NCBI GenBank assembly: GCA_003344405.1
Contig: NOWV01000275.1
Coordinates: 1 to 64,000, forward strand
Direction of reading: 5' to 3'
DNA: 64,000 nucleotides
Source: Trichoplax sp. H2
Lineage: Eukaryota
The position numbers were made by a program, and so were the translations under genes. Position 1 is the stretch's first letter. Each line of letters opens with the position of its first letter. Below the pieces are notes generated by a model. That model saw only the letters and a program-made list of their open reading frames with translations. It searched no databases and was not told the origin of the DNA. Below are positions 52,747 through 64,000 of the stretch, one piece after another.

Positions 52747-55084
52747 ATATGATACAAGGTGGCCATGATTTGATCGCAAATAGACTACCAGCATTTCTGA
52801 TGGGTAGAAAAAGAAACTGCGATTGGAGTAACATGATTCATGAATTGGTCGCGGTTGGGGTTAGTACTGCTATCATTTCCAACTTTGACTGAAAAGGATC
52901 AACGGGTAATAACTCATTCTGGTTTAGCTTCGTTACTATTCAACACTAATCAATGTAATTAACTTATACAGTATCATAGAAAAATAATCCAATTAAGTCA
53001 TGGAAGAGCAATCGAAGCAAATAAAGAATCATTTTATCACTAGGGTAAATGGTAGCAAAACAGGACATGATAAAATGGATCGAATGGCATTGAGAATCCT
53101 GTGCCGGTACCGAACACGTCGATAAAAGCTTGCTATCGTTTTAGATCATTCAAATTCAATGCGAAAGTTATCCACAATCACTAGGATGGCTTGATCATGG
53201 TGGCTATTGGCCATAAAATGTTACCGTATGCGGGTGGCGCCATCATCGAGTCGTTATTGCAGTGGGATCAATAAAGTGACGATGGAAGAATAGATTGATT
53301 CTAATTATTGGACTAATGTACACAGTGGCGAAAGAAAAATAAATAGTTACTATTGCAATTACTCGACAACATCGGTCATTGCTAAGGAAAAGCACATCAA
53401 TGCTTCTACAATTTCCTTTGCCAAACTGCAGTAAATTATGAAATCGTATTGGAACAAAAAGAACGATGGCTAGTAGATGATTTTAACAGTGGCCAATGGA
53501 TCGTTGGACAGAAACCGTCCTACCAATATTATGTTTGAACGAAAGTCTCCATCCATTAGGGCCAACAAAGATGATCAAATATACTATGATGGCTCAATCA
53601 GGGCGAACTCAATGAAGAGAATTGGCAATGGTGTATTATCAATACTATTTTTCAATTAGAAAATACTGAATAGATTGACATTAAATGAGTTATCATCAAC
53701 ATTGAAGCATGGATAGCTTTCATCGATGATCGATGATAAGATATTTAATAATACGTAACTGATACCTGCTAGATGAAATCCTATCCTACGCTAAGACGTA
53801 GAGAAGGCAATGGTGATTTTGAATCGAGTTGAAATGATATTCATATTTCATTCAACGATCAAGGAAATGATTTTATCCCAACCCTCTCTGAAAATAGATT
53901 GTCATCCCCTTGCTGGCCATCATGGCGATGTGGACATTGGAAAGAGAACAATATGGCTTTGTCATCGCTTAAGTAATAGCCGTAGTGATCATTAGTGTCC
54001 ATCACCAACGATAGGATACCTCTTTTCCTTAACTCAAGTAGGATTGATACTAGTCTAGATACTCTCTTTTCATCATCCTTTGGGCTAGGACCCATATTAA
54101 ATAGAAGTATCCTTTCCTATCGATGAATGATAACAATTTCCAGAATGGCTATAGTAAGCTTAGCTTACCGGATAATTTCTTCTTCGTAATAGTCTTCAAT
54201 GGCGGACTTGATGAATGGAGTGGAGAGAAATACCCACAGGACATGAATCAGTCAATGAGCGGAGGAAAGGATCTACCAAGAATAGAAGATGGAAATTAAT
54301 TATTAAATAACAGAGAACAAGAAGAAATCGATAGGACTGTTTGCCGCTAATTCGATTGCAAGAATCAATCGTTGAATCGTTCAACGGCTTAATTCCGTTC
54401 CCCCCCCCCCTTCTCGCGTTGCTACCATGAGCCGAAAAATACTAACTAACCTATCCAACCGCTACTTGAAGGAGAAAACTATCTTCCGAGAATCAGAGAT
54501 GGCAGATTAAAATCAAGAATTATAGAATAGAAAGTAAGGACAAGTCGATGCAACTGCTTGCCACTAATTAGATTACAAGATTGAAGGATAACGGAATCGT
54601 TCAACGGCTTAATCACTCGTTAGTGCTATTAGCCCGTCAATAATGGACCTATCGAGGCGCTGATTCCAGTCGATTTGACTAGTAGAATGGAGTAAGTTTA
54701 AGGCAATCTTTTACACTTTACACTTGAGAAGGAGTGATTCTCTATAGTGGAAAGTGTTGATATTCTACTCTGCGAGGTGGCATGGCCGATTACATAATCG
54801 CTACTTACTCTAGTATAGGATGGTGGATAACAATTGAGTAGAAGAGGCAAGTTAATTAACATGGAGACATAATCATCTCCAATTGTATTGGATAACATTG
54901 CTACCATTGCAGGACTTATAGAGTAGAGGAATTCTATATACAATCGTCAAGGCAACATCCATCTTTTCATCAAAAGGTAGGAGTAGACAAGCCATTCTAC
55001 TGTTATGTAAATAAAGCTACTTATTCACTTTAGCTATTCTTGATGTTTGCCGCTAGTCTACTCTTTCCAATAGAAACAACAAGA

Positions 55085-55750
55085 TTCCATGGAGTAGGAT
55101 CATCTTGTAGACTCCATTGATTGTTCAGCCTCTATTCTATCATCCAGTAAATTGAATTTTATACCGGTAGCTTATGAATCTCTTTGGCATGGATCCATCG
55201 ATGATTTACTACTTTTTTTTTCTTTTGCTAACGCAGTATAACTCTATCTCTACTCTTGTATGGCGGACGATAGCTTCCTCTTTACTTGCTGTTGATTTTC
55301 AATGGTAAAAGTACGTCGATCCTGTCAGTAAGGAGTAGTAGGAGTTGAACCATTGATTTTTGGCATGGACGCAGTATCATGGACCACTCGCCATTCTCCT
55401 ATCTAGTCTGCACTTTTCAGCATCACAGGGTCTTTACTCTAGCACAACCGAGAGCATCTTCAGTTTTACTTGCTGCTGATTTCAATGATAGCACTAGGTT
55501 CTGTCAGCATGGAGTAATACTGTATGAATCATATACCTTGTCCAAGAAAGCAGTGGATGACGGCAGCCGTGTGGATATTGCATGGCAAATACTAATTTTC
55601 CTTTTGTTGATTAGTACTTTCTTCTACTTCTACGTTAGCTTGCACTTTTCAATAGGAGGCAGTTTTTACTCCTGTACAATGGAGAACATACCCAGCTTTA
55701 CCTGCTGTTATTTTCAATCGTAGTAGTAGACCCTGTCAAGATGGAGTAAG
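55085..55750. repeat. Diverged tandem repeat, ~190-230-bp units
   Basis: tttac.tgctg.t.atttcaat...ctgtca..(at)ggagta at ~55281, 55465 and 55697. Confidence 0.6.
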
Positions 55751-56119
55751 AGTATTATTACTGGTATACTATATAAAAGATAGCAATGCCTGATTATGAG
55801 AGAGATACTCGATGCGAAAGGCTATTTCTATAGTCAATTGCTTCATGACAAGGAATATCATCCATTTCTTGCCATTCTTCCATCAATCCAAAATGTTTAA
55901 ACACGATCCGGCGCTCAACTCCAATTCTTCCACTATCTCTCCATTAAAATTTTCCTAATTATCCTTTACTCGTATCTTTCAGATGATCAATGTGTCCATT
56001 TTTTATTGTAAAGAGCAAAAATTGGAGTAGAGAGCCAATATGAAGATTGATTGGAGTAGTCCTTGATTATTATAATAGGAAAACTCTTGTGATACGATTT
56101 GGATAACCTTACTTGACTC

Positions 56120-57275
56120 TTTACAGTCGGATTTCAGTTTGTAAACTCAGCTTTATAAGTCAACATGATTTATGTTTCTATATTGAATTGTAAATAGAAC
56201 ACGAGTGCGGCAGTTTGGATTCAAATATTGGATCCATATGGAAATTAGTGCCTAGATAGACGGCATATTAATTTTCTATTTCGCAAGGATAGAAAGAAAC
56301 TGTCTACGTAGGCAACAATACTAATTGGTATCTTATTGCATGCGTATAATCTAAGAAATATGGACTTCAGTAAGGATATTTCTGCTATACTTGCTTAGGT
56401 AGAATGCACACCGCAGAAGATTACTATGTAAAAAAAAGAATCAAAATCATACTATTGAAATAGAAAGGTCATCTACGTATAATTTTACACTTTCTGAGAA
56501 AGAATCATAGCCATATCAACCGGATGGCCCGATACAAGTTTAAGCTATCTTACTCCATACAGCCGGCTTTTAGTTTCTAAAATGGATCTCAACAGTCAAT
56601 ATATTATATATTTCTATATTGAATTATAAATAGAAATCAAGCGTGGCGGGTTTTGGATCTAAATATTCAAACTATAATGGAAATTTCTGCCTTGATAGAC
56701 AGTATTTAATTTACTATTTCATAAAGGTTAGAATAGAATGATGATGTTGTCTTTGTAGGCAACATTATTAATTGGTATTCAGTTAATAGAATGTGTATTG
56801 TCCAAGAAATATGGACTTCAATATGGATATTTCCGGTACACTTCCTTAGGTAGAATGCACACCCCAGAATATTAATTGATTAATGGAGAATCATGCCATA
56901 AAAAGGTTATCTACGTATAATTTCAGACTTATCTAAGAAAAAAATAAGGGCAAACAAGATGGCTAGCTATGAGTCTACTTTACTGTCGACAGTCGGGTTT
57001 TAGTTTATTTATTTTTATCTCTGCATTGCAAATAGAAAGCAAGCGTGGCGAGTTTGGGACCCAAATATTCGATCCATAGTAGAAATTTCTGCCTTGATAG
57101 ACAGTATTTTTAATTTTCTATTTCACAAGGATTGAGACAGAACATTGTTGTCTTCATAAGTTACATGACTTACTAGTATTGTATTAGCTGTAGATATACT
57201 TCTAATCCAACAGATATAATCTTCAATAAGGATATTTCCGACATACTTGCTTAGGTAGAATGCATACCGTAGAAA
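56120..57275. repeat. Tandem repeat, ~430 bp x 3
   Basis: cttaggtagaatgca at ~56394, 56844 and 57250; aaatagaa..a.g.g.ggc at ~56192, 56628 and 57030. Confidence 0.92.
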
Positions 57276-58189
57276 AAGCAAAAACATAATTCTTAGAAAT
57301 CTACTTCTTGTAACCCTGTCAATCAGTTGGGGACTAGTTTATTCATTCTATTGACTTCTGCATAGGATCAATCTGATTATATTTTAATAAAGGTTTTCAT
57401 GGCTTGATGTGAATAAAACAGTATCTAATTTTGTCATCGACATCAACATCATCAAAGTAGGAACAATATCATTATACAATTCATTAAAAAGTAATTTAGT
57501 TACTTACATCACATATTATGCAAGTGTATACCTCAAAGACTACTACAAATCACTTCATTCATCATCATCATTCCATGCTACTGCCGTGATTAATCTAATA
57601 AGGAGGGTAATAGGTAATAGCATTGGGGCATCAAGCGTTTATAAACTTTCATACCTTGACATTTTTAATTCAATCTTCTATTTCTTACGCTTACAGTATC
57701 ATCATATGACGTTATTTCCACTTGGAGACAATTCTATCTATCACTTTATTTGCTGAGCTGAAATAAATAACTAGGACAGCCAACGATAAACATAATATCC
57801 ATGTTAAAAAACAAATTATGATAATAGCCTACCTGGTATTGGCTAACAACAATCCCTCTAATCTATCATAACCAGTAATTAGTCTAGTATTTACTTCCGC
57901 AGCAAATTAATGTCAACTTAATATGTTCAACAACAAAAGGGGCCCGTAGTCATGTAAATAACACATCATCTTCTTGTTAATCAGCTGTTAGATCTGGTTG
58001 TTATGTCGTGTTTATTTTATTGGTTTGAATGACAATAACTAATTATGTTGACAAGATGAATTTATCCAACCTAGAATATCAATGTATCGGAAAGGATTTT
58101 CTGCAAGACCCAAAGCAAAATATATTTACAACTTCCGTTACTAGATATAAAAATAACATTTGGAGAATGGTTCATAATTGACTTTGAAA

Positions 58190-60600
58190 ATGGAGAATGC
58201 GATATTCATTGCAGTTGAACGACATCCTCAATGCAATGTTTCTCCAAGACTTTCTATAGCTAAGACAGGAACTCATTGAGAAGGTTATCCAACATGTAGA
58301 AGAATACAGTCTCTGGTTCGGTCAAGATGGGTAAACCTGACAATTCATTTGTAATACTAACATTAACTTATGAAAATGTTTCGTAACTAGAGTTAATTTA
58401 TCGTTTATGCTATGACCTTAGGATATCATTAAGGCTACAGTTTTGCATTACAAATAGATATTATAACTATTTATCATGATAACATTGAATGCTTGCTTTC
58501 CGTTTGGTAGTGAAGATTAGCTTTTGATCGATTGCCCTATTTCTCGATTGTATAATGGAGAAGTCCAAAATATTGTCCTCATCACGAACTACCTTTCTAA
58601 TATTGTTACTAAATAAATCGTCCTGCAGCCAATAAAAGCAAAAAAATAAGTTCAGTATAAAAATTTAGTTTTATTGTTTTGTAAGTTCAAACCTTAAAAT
58701 TAAATATTAACTTCTCGATAACTGCAAAACTACTTTTTAGTTTGCAATACAGTAATTACTGTCTAATGATCAACATAGAAATCAAACCCTATATCGACTT
58801 TCACTATGGCTAATAGAATGTATTTTTTCTAAATATCATAAATTTATGTTATAAGAACTATTACGGGTACATATAGATGATGCCAAAAATTTAAGCTGTA
58901 GCTTGATCCCATCATTTACAAGAATAGTATCTTGTACACTCGTATCAAACACTCATAAAGTAACTCTGAAGAGTAATAAATCATTAACCGGTAGATACGA
59001 ACTTCTGTAAAGGTAAATTGCCATTTAGAGCGACTTTTTATATCAGCAAAGACGCAACCTTGGCTCTGTATTTGATGATAATGATGGAGTTTAAATCGTC
59101 GTGGAGATAGCATCCGTACTTGTTGATTAACTTTCTATGCCAGTATTCCAATTTTCATTGGGCTGTTAGCAAAACTGTTTCTCCACGAAAAGGCTAAAAT
59201 ATTTTATAGAGGACCAAATTTGCGTTGTAGCAATTATACGTATGTAATTTAAAAGTTAAAAGCCTACATGACTGATTACATTAACGCTGACAGTAATTTT
59301 GCGTCTAGATTCTTTTAACATGAATGTTAACTATATTAGAGAAGCTGTAACTGGTTAAAAATTACTTCAAACCTGTACTTTTAGGTCAAAATTTTGATCA
59401 GAGTTGGAATTTTAAGAAAGGTTTGATGACTTTATTTTGAATAGAATAGCAACGTAAGCTATATTAGGGTTAGGGTTAGAGCCCTTGCATACTATTTTCC
59501 AACTGTCCTACAAGTCTTATGGACCCAGAAGCTTCTGAAACTGCTATAGCAATATAATTCGAAATTGAGTACGGTACTGAGGATTATCTATTCTTTTCAG
59601 GAAGTAGTTTCGCTATAAATTTTTAGCGAATTTTCGGCAGTATCAACATAAATGATGATGCAAAGCATATAGATTGATAGCATAAAATTAATTAATTAAT
59701 AAAAGGAATAGTATAGCGTTGTCATCGTGCCGAATGGTAGCTTATACAAATGAAATTAACTTACCACTAACACATTTTCTTCCACAGTAATTAATACCGC
59801 ATTTGCATTGAAATCCAAAAAACATATTTATTCAGGTGCCACTATTTTGGCAAGGATTAGATGTGCAAGGCTTATTGGCTGTTTATAAAATGTTAAAATT
59901 AAAATTATAAGATACCATTAATTGGGATGGTAATTATTAGTAACAGAGACACTTTTACAATAAACGGTATCTTTTGCGTTTCGGTACGATATACACTGAT
60001 GGATATAGATAATGTATGATTAAAAACTATGGCATTTTTAACTTCTTATAACATGCTCTACCGTCATTAAAATATCCCGTAAAAGATATAGAATATTGCT
60101 TACTTGAGTAAATTTCTCCTGCATAGCTGTTATTACAGCTCGTAACATTAGAATTGTATCCCGAACATTGGGAAAGAGATCTTTCAAAACCAGTACATTT
60201 CATATAAGCCAAAGCGTATTTAACTTTATCTTTTCCAAAAATACTACCATCAAATTTGCTAACAGCTCCTGCATATCCAGCATGTTTGCCAATGACATGA
60301 ACATCGTTTATAGTAAATTTATTGCTACTTAATGGTACTATTTCGCTCCTTCCAATAACTACGTCGAGTCGTCCGAAATTGATTGCATTGCTATTAATAC
60401 TACTGTTGATGATAAGTGAAGATCCACTGGACAATTTCTCTGTTAAGCTCCTTGTGCAATTCTCTGCATGACAACTAAAACCACATTATCTGACTCTTCG
60501 AATCCTCCATCACAATTCCTTGTATAACTCTTGAGGTACCCTTAACTTTCCCAGAATTATTTGAAATTTAAAGTAGATGATAAAAATGCCGAGTATTTCT
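58190..60600 (-). pseudogene. Pseudogenised mosaic extracellular protein: (LDLa-like)-SRCR-EGF-F5/8 type C
   Basis: SRCR in ORF 60027-60434 (GRLDV...F...DVHVIGKHAGY...FG...MKCTGFERSLSQC...C...YAG; several Cys lost). Phase 1-1 EGF exon 59878..59765 KPCTSNPCQNSGT*INMFFGFQCKCGINYCGRKC has TGA at the third Cys (59832-59834). Exon 59193..58989 is F5/8C-like with an in-frame TAG (59135-59137). An F5/8C C-terminal-like motif SWRNIALRMSFNC lies at ~58211-58249. Confidence 0.75.
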
Positions 60601-60966
60601 AAAGTATAAGAGAAAATATTGCAATGGATAAGCGGTATCAAAGGCTATTTAACGTATGTTTCAGTTAAAGATTTACTATAAATTTTCTAAAGCTCTGCTT
60701 ATACTGTTGTAACATACTCATTTGCGAATTTATTTAGTGTCTCAATAGAGTTCTAAACAAATTTTATATTAAAATTAACTGTTGTCGTTGTATTCAGACT
60801 ATAATTAAGTATATTACATTTCATACTTCTGGATCTTAAATCTAAGATATTCAAAGCTAGACTGGAACACGCATAAATAGGATAATTAATTAAGATTTTA
60901 CCATAGACAGTGGGTAAGATGCATTAAATGTTTTATATTAAGACCTAGATGATAACTACTAGCATC

Positions 60967-62386
60967 CTATGATGCGTAAGAATGCTCACTTACCTGATCT
61001 TGCTTGTCTATATTCCTCATATTTTTCATACAGCAAAGCATCGCCGAAGGCCTTCCTTGACGATATTGACCATATGCTTTGTCACTTTCTTTAAGTTCTT
61101 CAGCTATCTGCTTATCATGAATGGTGGTTAGCGTATAAAGAGGTATTCTATTCATTTGCTTTAAGCAAAGAATAGAGCCTGATCGATAGGCAGAAGTTGA
61201 TTTAAATGCAGTGCTTACACCGCGAATTATTTCAGGTATTTTGCTGGAATTTAGCATGCCACAAACATTGGTTTTACGTCGGTACAGAAATGAACATAAA
61301 TCGAGCGATAATCGGTTATTGTCTATGTAAATATTGTAGCCCTGGTCTAATAGAGGTAACAACAGAAATGTTGCCAGCTTTTTAGCTTTATTAAAATTCT
61401 GAGAATGAATAGGTAGTATTTACTTTAAGCACTCAGTTGGATCTTTATCATTGACGTATAACTTAAATCGAAAAGCGTATCCAGTACTGCATTCGCAAAG
61501 CCGAATTAGTTTGATTCCGAAGCGGGTACGTTTAAAGCGAAAATCTTGAAGTTAGAGCCTTTTTTTCCAGACAAGAAAAGATTCATCGATTGCCAAATTC
61601 TGTTCCACGACATAAACTGCTTGAAAATATTCCAATAGATGATCTATTAGTAGTCTTACTTTATACAGGCGATCATGATTAGGGTCAGTCTTGTCTGACA
61701 TGTTATCGTTATCGTGCAGGTGGAAAAATTTTAAAAGCAATTGAAAACGATGACAAGTCATAACCGATCGAAAGATTGGTGTATCATATAAATCATTCAG
61801 TAAACCAGCAATGGCTAATATATAGCTTTCGAATGATACCCATCAGCAATAACAAGCCAAGAAACTTTTCATTTCAGCTACGTTAGTGGGTATCCAGCTC
61901 GGAAGTTTAGCAAACTTGTATGTTTTTGGATAATCGCGCAGATACTGTAGAGCAAATAAGTTTGTTTCTGCTACAAAATAGGTTAGTAAATCTTGGGTAA
62001 CAAATAGTCTAAAGTAATCTCGAGGATGGAAGCCAGCAGTATCTACGGTTAAGCCGTGATCACCTCTGAAACTATGCGGCATTGGTCGAGCATTTTTAGC
62101 CGGCTGCCAAATATTAGTATAGTCTAGAAATTGCAGTGGCGACGTATGCTCCAAACGTGGAGTATAAAAATTGTTTTCATCGTAGTCTTCGATATCTGTT
62201 ACTGCCATATCGTCGAGTAAACCGTAGTTATAGACTCCTTTTTCATGCCAGATATCAACATACTGTGAGTTGAGATCGATATCGCTCATTTCGCTATGAT
62301 CCGAATCATATAAAGCATTATTCTCCCATAGTCTATTCGTTTCGCAGGTTGTTTGAGTTTTGCCACTTGTATTAGAGAGAAGCCAT
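60967..62386 (-). mobile_element. Decayed piggyBac-family (DDE_Tnp_1_7, PGBD4-like) transposase
   Basis: Frameshifted fragments: PRDYFRLFVTQDLLTYFVAETNLFA, WIPTNVAEMKSFL, RFQLLLKFFHLHDN, DRLYKVRLLID, LAIDES, KRTRFGIKLIRLCECSTGY, GYNIYIDN, MRNIDKQDQ. All three catalytic-Asp regions are present. There are multiple stops, and no TTAA-flanked TIRs were recognised. Confidence 0.92.
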
Positions 62387-63814
62387 GATTTTGCTGTTTG
62401 ACCAAGTTAGCTAACGGAATTAGTTCTTACCGTTCAGAGTATTTCAATAATTGAAATGGAAGAATTTGCTGTACGCATTCAGCTACGACCTTTGGGATAT
62501 GCGTGGGTACTGCTGTGATAAATGGTAGTTTTCAATCTTCAGTAGTATTTGTACATGCTCTCTCACTCTACTTGAATGCAAAGGAGTTAATTAAGTTTTT
62601 TCTTCACCTTCACAGAAGTATGCATTACCTTACTAAATTGGATACTATAGTATTACTAAACAAGTACGACGAGTCAATGACATTCTATGAAAATTGTTAC
62701 AGTAATTAACGGTATAATTTATAATTTACAAGTTGTAGTGCAAAGATGATTTCAATTATGCCTGTAGTTGGCGGGATAATCATAATAATCGTTCTATGAG
62801 ATTAAATGTATGCGGCTATTACGCTATGCCATAATAATAGCATTAAGGCAATAGGATGAAAATTAATTAAATCTAAGCAATAATTAAACTATTTGATGGA
62901 GCTATAGCCTGATAACCTTAATATGCGTGAGCACCGCTAGTTTTTAGCTACGATAATCAATTTATATTAAGAAAAGCATTGCATTAGATTTACGTTAGTA
63001 TTATAGTAGTGTATTTAATCTAATATGGTTTTTTTGATAAAATAGAATGCAGAAAATCGTATATACAGTAAAAAAATCATCCTAAAATTTCATTATCAAT
63101 TCTGCAAGTGTTAGATGGAGAAAGCTAATCTATAGGTAACTGTATAAACTACCGGTATATAGTTAATAATTACCGATAAAACAATAGCCTTAAGTAGAGA
63201 GAAATACCAAAGAGATTAAGAAGGCCTACTAGATAACAGGAGAATTGAGAGTAAGAATCTTTTTCCTAACATGACGACTTTTAGGCCTTGGTCATAAATG
63301 CTTAATGCTATTATGCGGTTATTTGTTGTCTTACCGTAATATGATTTTATTCAATAGCAGCTATTGACGTAGCTTAATTATTGAGAGACCGGATTTATCT
63401 GAAAAACACGTCAAATTTTTAAGCTGCGCAAAGTACTCTCAGATAAAGCCAAGGACTAAAAGATATACTAGGGTGCATCACATACGGTAGTCCATGATAA
63501 AGTAAATAACTGAAATTTTAGATCTCTAATATGCATTGTATCCAGTATCAGATTTTCTGGCTACAACTTTACCTCAGGCATTTTAGCTGGTTCTGGTAAA
63601 TTATTTAAATTTTAGCTTGAAGACAATAAAATAGAAACAACTTAAAATCACTAAATTCAGTCTATTCTATACCTAGTTCACAGTTATAATTACTAAAAAA
63701 TATAATGGGACACGTTAAAGTTGTTTCTATTCTGTTTTAATTCTGTTCCTTTTGCTTTCATGACGTTAGCATAAATCTCTATAAAAACTCTCAAACACTT
63801 AAAATGCCTTCTAG

Positions 63815-63983
63815 CCTTTCCTAGTGAGCTCATCGGGATGCAAAGTCCGCTGCTAACCGACAGTAAAATTCAAATCGATATTGTTCATTTTGGATATGCA
63901 TTACGAGGCCGTACAGCACAAGGTTTCGGCTTCAATCGTATCCTGAAAATTCATCAAGACTTTAAATTATTATATGAGATCCG
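63815..63983 (+). CDS. Exon encoding the N-terminal part of an F5/8 type C (discoidin)-like domain; gene continues beyond the window
   Basis: Acceptor CTAG at 63814 and donor GT at 63984 (phase 1 to phase 2); open frame (A)FPSELIGMQSPLLTDSKIQ...HQDFKLLYEIR resembles the F5/8C start 'LGM.S..I.DSQI' and 'Q.DF....I'. Confidence 0.55.
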
Positions 63984-64000
63984 GTAGCGTACAAACTACC

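Noticed and set aside
59464..59479. TTAGGGTTAGGGTTAG telomere-like motif (also CCCTAA twice near 3326)
   Set aside because: Fewer than three units; too short to call an interstitial telomeric repeat.
59832..59834. In-frame TGA at an EGF cysteine as selenocysteine
   Set aside because: Neighbouring exons carry a TAG stop and lost cysteines, and no SECIS was recognised; pseudogenisation is the simpler explanation.

Overview
AT-rich eukaryotic (animal-type) genomic DNA with short GT-AG introns. The gene content and style suggest a basal metazoan such as a placozoan, but this is inference and no diagnostic marker was seen. I found no rRNA, tRNA or CRISPR array. Supported content from left to right: (1) a minus-strand TPR protein missed by the ORF track, with seven near-identical 126-bp (42-aa) repeats whose differences fall at a few fixed codons; (2) an intact minus-strand death-domain exon downstream of what may be a decayed Roc-COR (ROCO) gene; (3) several short tandem arrays, a homogeneous ~124-bp satellite and a 54-bp-arm inverted repeat; (4) a 12-exon R3H+SUZ gene of the R3HDM1/R3HDM2/ARPP21/encore family; (5) a small decayed LTR element (TRIM-like) with a tRNA-Ala-type primer-binding site; (6) two tandem GT10 alpha-1,3-fucosyltransferase genes with very long, dissimilar low-complexity stems; (7) a pseudogenised SRCR-EGF-F5/8C mosaic gene, a decayed piggyBac transposase and an apparently paralogous F5/8C exon on the opposite strand. 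Most short ORFs in the supplied track are spurious.
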